From the NCBI GenBank assembly GCA_015488735.1, contig WFNG01000055.1, positions 6,185-70,184 of the forward strand: a stretch of 64,000 nucleotides of DNA, read 5' to 3'. Each line of letters begins with the position of its first letter. The stretch's first letter is position 1. Source of the DNA: Bacteroidales bacterium. GTDB taxonomy: Bacteria; Bacteroidota; Bacteroidia; Bacteroidales; F082. Below, piece by piece: positions 57,654 through 64,000 of the stretch. Below the pieces are notes generated by a model. The model saw nothing but the letters and a program-made list of their open reading frames with translations. It made no database searches and had not been told where the DNA came from. Made by a program: the position numbers and the translations under genes.

Positions 57654-58574
57654 TTATTTCTGAATAAAGTTCAGGGCATTTAACGCGGCCACTGTTCCGT
57701 CTGACACGGCTGTGGTGATCTGGCGGTAACGTTTGGCACAGCAGTCGCCGGCGGCAAACACTCCTTCAAGGTTTGTTTGCAGGTTTTCATCCGTGATAAT
57801 CTCGTGCCATTTGTTAAGGTTTACTGAGCTGTTTTGCAAAGCCTGTGTGTTGGCTTCGTAACCAACGAAGATGAAAACACCATCGATGGCTTTATCATAA
57901 ACTCTCCCGGTTTTCAGGTTCTTGTATTGAATGCCGCGAAGACTTTCATCGCCATAAAACCCGGTTATGTGTGCCTCCATGATGTAATCGATCTTCGGGT
58001 TGGCTTTGGCCTCTTCCACAGCGTGTTCAAAAGCCTGGAAATGGTCAAACTCATGCAGGATGGTTACTTTGCTGGCATATTTTGTGAGAGCAACGGCCTC
58101 TTCGAGTGCCGAGTTGCCGCCGCCTACTACAATAATCTCCTTGTCCTGAAAAAAGTCACCATCACAGGTGGCACAGTAGGAAATGCCCCGGCCTTTGAAT
58201 TCATTTTCACCGGACACATTGAGCATGCGCGAACGACCACCGGTAGCCAGTATGACTGCCGGGGCTGAAAATGTTTCTCCGTTTTCGAGCGTTGCCGTTT
58301 TTTCTTTTCCCTCCAGTTGCAATCCGGCCAGTTTTACATTCGATTTAATGACACAGCCGAAGTTTTTTGCCTGTTTTTTCATGGCGGATGCCAGCTGATA
58401 ACCGCTGATGCTTTCGATACCTGGATAATTGGCAATTTCGTAGGTAAGTACCATTTGTCCGCCGGGCATTCCTGTGTCCAGAATCAGTATTTTGGCTTTG
58501 GACCGGCCGAGATAAATACCGGCGGTGAGACCTGCCGGACCTCCTCCCAGCACAATAACATCAAAATGGTTCAT
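57654..58574 (-). CDS. trxB: Thioredoxin-disulfide reductase (atypical cofactor site)
   Basis: GGGPAG, CATCDG, GGGNSA, GVFAAGD; HRRDxxR is replaced by HEFDHFQ. Confidence 0.88.
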   Translation of the reverse strand: MNHFDVIVLGGGPAGLTAGIYLGRSKAKILILDTGMPGGQMVLTYEIANYPGIESISGYQLASAMKKQAKNFGCVIKSNVKLAGLQLEGKEKTATLENGETFSAPAVILATGGRSRMLNVSGENEFKGRGISYCATCDGDFFQDKEIIVVGGGNSALEEAVALTKYASKVTILHEFDHFQAFEHAVEEAKANPKIDYIMEAHITGFYGDESLRGIQYKNLKTGRVYDKAIDGVFIFVGYEANTQALQNSSVNLNKWHEIITDENLQTNLEGVFAAGDCCAKRYRQITTAVSDGTVAALNALNFIQK

Positions 58575-58667
58575 AGTATCCTTATTTTAAGTGTTTTGAT
58601 GTGTCTAAAAGTAAAAAAGAGCAACGACGTGTTTTTTTTCTTTTTAGGCAACTCCAAAAGTATGAAA

Positions 58668-59012
58668 CTATTTAAACTCCCGGTCGAGAATTTCCGTAAT
58701 TTGTTCTTTGGATTGGATGCTGCTTGTGGCTGCTACCACGCTACCGTTTTTGTAATAAACAGTGAAGGGAAGTCCCATGAAGCCCCGGCATTGTGGAAGC
58801 TCACGGATGACTCTTGCTTCAGGACTGTCAAACAGCATGTCACGGAATTCAACATGGGTATATTCGTCCTGCAGCTCTTCCATAATATCATAAACGGGCA
58901 CACACATGGGACCCATGCGGCCACAGCAAACCATGACGTTTTCATGATCCTTTAAAATTTCATTCAGCTCTGCTTCGCTGTCAACGTGTTTTAAATTTGT
59001 GGGCAATGTCAT
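58668..59012 (-). CDS. Thioredoxin-fold protein with non-canonical CCGRMGPMC site
   Basis: Trx topology with cis-Pro loop GLPFT and YYKNG..V; directly upstream of trxB. Confidence 0.8.
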   Translation of the reverse strand: MTLPTNLKHVDSEAELNEILKDHENVMVCCGRMGPMCVPVYDIMEELQDEYTHVEFRDMLFDSPEARVIRELPQCRGFMGLPFTVYYKNGSVVAATSSIQSKEQITEILDREFK

Positions 59013-59366
59013 CTTTTTCCTTTTTTAATGATATATCACAGCACCCAATCATAAATTATGCCATGCTGCGAAATTGTAAACTTATTAACAGACAAGTGGC
59101 ATTTTTTAAAATATATAATTAATAGTTTATTTATTGCTGACAGTATCAACCCAAAAGATGTCAGGCTATATGGAAGGTTTTCGCCATTTTATCATCAAAT
59201 TATACCTTAATTTTTTATTTTTTTTTTCAATAATGGCAGTAAATTAATGAACGTGATAATTCATATCTGCCAGTCTGGCCGCCCTTACGTTGTAGTTGTA
59301 ACAGACGTTACACATTGTCAGTTGGAGATGCAACTGTTTTGAAGAAGCAAAAGTTTTTCCGGCAGC

Positions 59367-60035
59367 TTACACGCTCAGTTTTTTGCTGATTTCGTCAAGA
59401 TAATATTGAAGTTGTTTCCGCCGGTATTGCATCACCCAGCGAGGATGGGGCAGTGGGATAATCTCTCCAAAAATCTTTAACTCTTCATTTAACCTTTGCA
59501 GATAAGTGAAATTCTTTCCGTTTCCCAGGCAAAAACATTTGTCAGTACGGATACCCAATGCTACCTGATGAACCATGTTTTTCACGATAAAAGATTTGAG
59601 GCTTTGTTCCAGCAACCGGTCATCGTAATAGTTAAAGTTCTTCCCGTTTTTCACAAATCCCAGTGGACTGATGGCACCGATAAAATAATTTCTGTAAAAT
59701 GGAATAACGCCCCCCATGTTTTCTATTAGCAAATAGATAAACTGTGAAGAGAGCTCGGCTTTTTTGTCAAAGTTGTTGACGATACCGCAGGATTTTTCCA
59801 GATGGACAGGGTCGGTGAAAGGGATGCCGGTTACACCTGCACCGAATCTTCCGGGGTTGATACCGAAAATAATGCGGCGGGTTTTTTGGTCGTTGTAGAA
59901 TTTGCTATAAAAAGCTTTACAGGCAGCCACTGTTTCCGGCCGCGAATAGGGATTCAGGATTTCAACATCTTCCGGCAGTTTCCTGTCCGGTGCCAGTTGT
60001 TTGTAAAATGCCATTGTCCTCTCCGCGAAAGTCAT
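59367..60035 (-). CDS. Uracil-DNA glycosylase superfamily protein (SMUG2/DUF4918-like)
   Basis: NPY, FGINPGRFG.GVTGIPFTD, KNFNYYD, LPHPR. Start moved to 60035; the ORF-track extension overlaps the upstream gene. Confidence 0.85.
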   Translation of the reverse strand: MTFAERTMAFYKQLAPDRKLPEDVEILNPYSRPETVAACKAFYSKFYNDQKTRRIIFGINPGRFGAGVTGIPFTDPVHLEKSCGIVNNFDKKAELSSQFIYLLIENMGGVIPFYRNYFIGAISPLGFVKNGKNFNYYDDRLLEQSLKSFIVKNMVHQVALGIRTDKCFCLGNGKNFTYLQRLNEELKIFGEIIPLPHPRWVMQYRRKQLQYYLDEISKKLSV

Positions 60036-60036
60036 G

Positions 60037-60489
60037 TTATTGGATTTTGGATGAAGAGTGGTCGTAAACAATGCGCCAGCCGTTTTTTGTTTTGCGGAAA
60101 AGCAAGGTGAAAAGTCCTTCGGGATGACTTTTTTCTTTGGTGAGTTCCCAATGGCCTGATACGAAAGCTGCTGTGGGGGAGAGGACACGGATTTTCACGT
60201 TGGAGAACCAGAGATGTCCCATGGCTTTTTTATCGGGATAGGATTTTTTGTAACGTGCCAGACTTTGTTTCCAGCCAAAAGTAGTGCTGCAGTTGCCATC
60301 GAATTGCAGCGAATCACTTTTTTCGTAACAGTTCATGTAAGCCGTGATATCACTATTGTTCCAGTCGGTCGCTGATTGATCCAACACTTTCTGTACGGCG
60401 GCTTTAATCTCTTGCTTGTTTGTCTCCTGTCGGCAGGCTCCGAACAGAAAAACGGACGACAATAATATGAAGAGGTATTTTTTTGTCAT
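60037..60489 (-). CDS. NTF2-like (DUF4440/YybH) lipoprotein
   Basis: Lipobox FGAC, WN..DI..YM..Y, G.FTL.F.K...GW.IVYDHSS. Confidence 0.88.
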   Translation of the reverse strand: MTKKYLFILLSSVFLFGACRQETNKQEIKAAVQKVLDQSATDWNNSDITAYMNCYEKSDSLQFDGNCSTTFGWKQSLARYKKSYPDKKAMGHLWFSNVKIRVLSPTAAFVSGHWELTKEKSHPEGLFTLLFRKTKNGWRIVYDHSSSKIQ

Positions 60490-60497
60490 AAGCTACT

Positions 60498-61199
60498 TTA
60501 TCCCCGTTTGCTAATTTCTTTAAGCCTCTCGATATCTATTATATTAATGGCTTTACCATTTATTTCAATGATATTCTCCTTTTTTAATTCTGTGAGCAGT
60601 CTTACTGTTGTTTCGGTTGACAGGCCTGCAAAAGCAGCAATATCTTTTCTGGACAAGTAAGGAAAGATATTGTCTTTATAAAGATTCTTATCGCATAAAT
60701 AAAGTAACGTGTCGGCTAATCGGCCATGCATTTGTTTGTTGCCAAGGCTTTGGATTTTGTCAAAAAGCTGCTTTTCATTCTTGCAATAGCGTTTGATTAT
60801 TTCCGAAGCAAAGGCACCATTGTTGATGAGCAGTTTTCTGAAACTTTCTTTTTCAATAAGGCAGACAGTAGAATCTGTTAATGCGACAGCAGAATAATGA
60901 TAAATATTATCACCGTATATTGAAGAAAAGCCAATGAAATCAGAGGTCTTTAATATTTTTATGTTGATGTTTTTGCTGTTGGGGCTTTCCATGTATAATT
61001 TAACCAGCCCATCGGAAATATATAGCAGATAGGCTGCAAAGGCGCTCTGTTTACAAATATTTTCTCCTTTCCGGTACAAAAGATGGGTTTTGTTTTGGTT
61101 TATAAAAGTAATTTCTGAAGGGATCAATTTTGAAAAACACCTGGCACTTTTTGGGCAGTTTAAACAATTTGTTGTTTTTGAATCTTTCATTACCGGCAA
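60498..61199 (-). CDS. Crp/Fnr-family regulator with FNR-type Cys cluster
   Basis: CLNCPKSARC, ALTDSTVC, HTH LSRKDIA.FAGLSTET..R.L. Confidence 0.9.
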   Translation of the reverse strand: MPVMKDSKTTNCLNCPKSARCFSKLIPSEITFINQNKTHLLYRKGENICKQSAFAAYLLYISDGLVKLYMESPNSKNINIKILKTSDFIGFSSIYGDNIYHYSAVALTDSTVCLIEKESFRKLLINNGAFASEIIKRYCKNEKQLFDKIQSLGNKQMHGRLADTLLYLCDKNLYKDNIFPYLSRKDIAAFAGLSTETTVRLLTELKKENIIEINGKAINIIDIERLKEISKRG

Positions 61200-61225
61200 A
61201 TATAGTATTTATATCAATTAATTTA

Positions 61226-61239
61226 TTGATAAATCTCAA
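61226..61239. promoter_or_regulatory. FNR-box-like site TTGAT-AAAT-CTCAA
   Basis: 9 of 10 match to TTGAT-N4-ATCAA, in the divergent regulator/usp intergenic region. Confidence 0.5.
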
Positions 61240-61294
61240 TACTTGGCTTAAGCTGATAGTGTTGCCTTTTCTTGTAAAACGTTTTATAGCATTT

Positions 61295-61302
61295 TATCTT
61301 TG
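61295..61302 (+). promoter_or_regulatory. -7 promoter box for the usp gene
   Basis: TATCTTTG 52 nt before ATG 61355. Confidence 0.55.
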
Positions 61303-61354
61303 TAAAAGGAAAATAAAAAGAAAAGTAAATAATTGTAACATAAAAATTTAAGCA

Positions 61355-62242
61355 ATGAAAACGATATTAGTACCAACCGATTTTTCAGAGCCCGCCCTGT
61401 ATGCTTTAAAAATAGCTGCAAGTATTGCTAAAAAGACGTATGCTCAAATAAGACTTGTGCATGCCTATAATTTGCCATCATCAGAAGCTCGTGAAGCTGT
61501 TAACTTCAAGGAGTTTTATAAACAGGTATCCATCGACAAAGAGAAAAAGCTCGGTGCATTAACTAAAATGAGTTTTCTAAACGGAATCACTGTCAGTAAG
61601 CATTTTGAAGATAACATGAAACCATGGGAATTGGTTAATGATGAAAAATACAAAAATGCTGATTTAATTGTAATTGGATCACATGGGAATAGCGGCTACC
61701 AAAAGCTTTTCATCGGTTCCAATACAGAAAAAATAATCAGAATGGCCGATGCACCTGTTTTGACTGTCAAGAAAAGCGATGATAATTTTGACATTAAAAA
61801 CATGGTCTTTGCATCAGATTTTAGTGAAGAAACTTACCCTGTTTTTGAAAAAATAAAATTCTTTACAGAACTTTATAAAATGCATGTTGATTTACTTAAG
61901 GTGATTACACCCCATAATTTTGAGAAATCAAGTACAAGCAAAGAATTAATGGATAGTTTTGCAAAGAGTTTTAAATTAACAAATTACACGATAAATGTTT
62001 ACAATGCAGGGAGTATTGAAAACGGCATTCTCGGTTTTAGTAATGAGCAAAAAACCGACCTGATAGCCATCGAAACCCACGGTAGATCGGGAATTAATCA
62101 TCTTATTGGTGGAAATTTGGCTGAGAATATTGCCGATGATGCAAAACTTCCCGTTTTAACCATCAAGATTAAAGAAGATAATCAAACTCACAAAAAGGCG
62201 CAACATCCAACAAAAAATTATGCCAATTGGGGGACAGAATAA
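61355..62242 (+). CDS. Universal stress protein (tandem UspA domains)
   Basis: ILVPTDFSE, DLIVIGSHG.SG...FIGSNTE, second domain IETHGRSG. Confidence 0.92.
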   Translation: MKTILVPTDFSEPALYALKIAASIAKKTYAQIRLVHAYNLPSSEAREAVNFKEFYKQVSIDKEKKLGALTKMSFLNGITVSKHFEDNMKPWELVNDEKYKNADLIVIGSHGNSGYQKLFIGSNTEKIIRMADAPVLTVKKSDDNFDIKNMVFASDFSEETYPVFEKIKFFTELYKMHVDLLKVITPHNFEKSSTSKELMDSFAKSFKLTNYTINVYNAGSIENGILGFSNEQKTDLIAIETHGRSGINHLIGGNLAENIADDAKLPVLTIKIKEDNQTHKKAQHPTKNYANWGTE

Positions 62243-62402
62243 AACAATGACTAAAAAAGCTGTACGTAAGATAAGCAAAGTATGTAGATTTGAATTAATT
62301 ACTTTTAAAAATTATAGAAATGGCCGATTATAACAGAAGTAAAGTTTTACCGGCTATCTTGAAAATATAAATAAATTTATCTAACCTTTAAAAAACAAAA
62401 AA

Positions 62403-62756
62403 ATGAAAGTATTATTAGCAACAGAAGGAAATACGCTGAACAGTAAAATTGCCAAAAGATTTGGAGAAGCTCCTTATTATTTAATTTACAATAGTGATAC
62501 CAAAGAAACAGAAGCCAGAGTGAATCCAGGTCATGACGATAACCATTCCGGATTAATTGATCTGGTTAATGAAGGAGTTTTGTATTATATTGTGGGAAAT
62601 ACGGGACCAAATGCATTTGATGTTTTAAACAACAGAAATGCAGAACTTTATCTGGCAAGAGGAACTGTTGCCAAAGATGCTCTGGATGCTTTTCTGAATA
62701 AAAAATTGGAAAGATTAACAAAAGCCACACTTAAAAGACCCATTCGTAACCATTAA
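62403..62756 (+). CDS. NifB/NifX-family (FeMo-cofactor-binding-like) protein
   Basis: MKVLLATEG, RFGEAPYYLIY, G..G.NA...L. Confidence 0.85.
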   Translation: MKVLLATEGNTLNSKIAKRFGEAPYYLIYNSDTKETEARVNPGHDDNHSGLIDLVNEGVLYYIVGNTGPNAFDVLNNRNAELYLARGTVAKDALDAFLNKKLERLTKATLKRPIRNH

Positions 62757-62768
62757 AAATAAAGAACT

Positions 62769-63707
62769 ATGTATAAATATATTTTTGGCCCGGTACCTTC
62801 GCGACGTCTTGGCATGTCACTCGGAGTAGACTTAGTTCCTAAAAAAGTTTGTTCACTTGATTGTGTATATTGTGAAGTAGGTCAAACCACAAAGTTAACA
62901 ACTGAAAGAAGGGAATATATTCCGTATGATAAGGTTATAGCCGAATTGGAAGATTATTTTGTAAACAATCCCAATCCGGATTATATTACATTTTCCGGAT
63001 CAGGTGAACCTACGCTTAACATAAGGATTGGTGAAGTTTTGCAATTTGTCAAGCAAAAGAAGCCCGATATTCCTGTGGCTGTTTTAACCAACGGAACGTT
63101 ATTGTATGATGAAAATGTCCGGAAGGAATTGCTGGATGCTCATGTTGTCCTTCCTTCGCTTGATGCAGCAACCGAGAGTACTTTTCAAAAGATAAACCGC
63201 CCCGCACAAGGGCTTACTGCCGATAAATATATTCAGGGACTCATTGATTTTAGAAAAGATTATGCAGGACAAATATGGCTCGAAGTATTTATTATTCCCG
63301 GATATAATGACAATGCCAAAGATTTAAATGCATTAAAAGAAGCATTTGGAAAGATACAGCCGGATCAAGTTCAGCTAAATACACTCGATCGGCCCGGTAC
63401 GGTGAAAGGCATTAGTCCGGCCAGCCATGAAAGCTTGCAGAAAATTATTGATTTTTGGGGACTTCCAAATGTGGAAATAATTGCAGCAGCACCGGAAAGA
63501 AAAGAATTAAAATCGTACAGGAAAGATGCGGAAACGGCCATATTGGGAACAATAACAAGAAGACCCTGTACCGTTGACGACCTTGTGAAAATTCTCGGGT
63601 TACATATTAATGAGATTAACAAATATCTTGATGTATTGGAAGGGGAAGGTAAAATCCAGTCAGTGTGGCAGGACAGGGGCGTGTTTTATCAGATAAATAA
63701 CAAGTAA
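62769..63707 (+). CDS. Radical SAM protein (COG0731-like), paralogue 2
   Basis: FGPVPSRRLG.SLG, CSLDCVYC, TFSGSGEPTL; colinear with 8589-9524. Confidence 0.92.
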   Translation: MYKYIFGPVPSRRLGMSLGVDLVPKKVCSLDCVYCEVGQTTKLTTERREYIPYDKVIAELEDYFVNNPNPDYITFSGSGEPTLNIRIGEVLQFVKQKKPDIPVAVLTNGTLLYDENVRKELLDAHVVLPSLDAATESTFQKINRPAQGLTADKYIQGLIDFRKDYAGQIWLEVFIIPGYNDNAKDLNALKEAFGKIQPDQVQLNTLDRPGTVKGISPASHESLQKIIDFWGLPNVEIIAAAPERKELKSYRKDAETAILGTITRRPCTVDDLVKILGLHINEINKYLDVLEGEGKIQSVWQDRGVFYQINNK

Positions 63708-63829
63708 ATATAAAATTGAATATTAAAAATTAAACCGCAAAAGATTGTAAAAGGAGTTATTGAAACAAAGATTACCCATATTTACTATTTAACGCCGGAT
63801 TACAATTTAGCGGGTAAAAACGTAACAGA

Positions 63830-64000
63830 ATGAAAAAAACAGGACTAATAGTAAATCCAATTGCCGGAATGGGAGGAAGTGTAGGTTTAAAAGGTACTGA
63901 TGGGAAAACCTATAATAAGGCTCTTGAATTAGGCGCAAAACCCACTACGCCCAAAAGTATAGATGATACCCTTGCTTTAATTACAAGGAAAGATCTCTAT
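63830..64000 (+). CDS. ATP-NAD/AcoX kinase-family protein, N-terminal part (truncated by the window end)
   Basis: Manual translation [25 protein letters not shown]..., the [16 protein letters not shown] signature of COG3199-type proteins. Confidence 0.8.
   Translation, partial: MKKTGLIVNPIAGMGGSVGLKGTDGKTYNKALELGAKPTTPKSIDDTLALITRKDLY

Noticed and set aside
879-63622. The many 60-210 aa ORFs nested in or antisense to long genes (for example 39648-40232, 58317-58955, 34369-34866)
   Set aside because: They overlap well-supported CDSs, lack recognisable motifs and look like antisense shadows.

Overview
The window looks like chromosome from an anaerobic Bacteroidota member, probably Bacteroidales. 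Support: repeated TAnnTTTG promoter boxes, no obvious Shine-Dalgarno motifs, TonB-dependent receptors with DUF4249 lipoprotein, and a tmRNA tag GEPNYALAA. Most of it is housekeeping: rocD, cls, yicC-gmk-nadD, lpxK-pnp-lpxH, prmC, folP-dacA, ccsBA, a 2-oxoacid:ferredoxin oxidoreductase operon, trxB, tRNA-His, tRNA-Arg and tmRNA. I found no integrase, transposase, CRISPR array or prophage. The most notable observations are: (1) a four-helix-bundle (23S-IVP/Avd-like) gene bracketed by inverted heptamer arrays that fills the spacer between tmRNA and tRNA-Arg; (2) an attC-like hairpin after an AT-rich Fic gene; (3) two separate fragments of an uncharacterised metal/Fe-S module (Cys-rich mini-protein, DUF89, CGGC, NifX-like, two radical SAM paralogues); (4) a thioredoxin/thioredoxin-reductase pair in which both partners lack canonical motifs; (5) an FNR-type regulator with an adjacent FNR box; (6) a candidate ~115-nt sRNA; (7) a nested inverted-repeat element whose half-site recurs at the breakpoint of a gene remnant. 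All product calls come from motif recognition by eye; no database searches were run.
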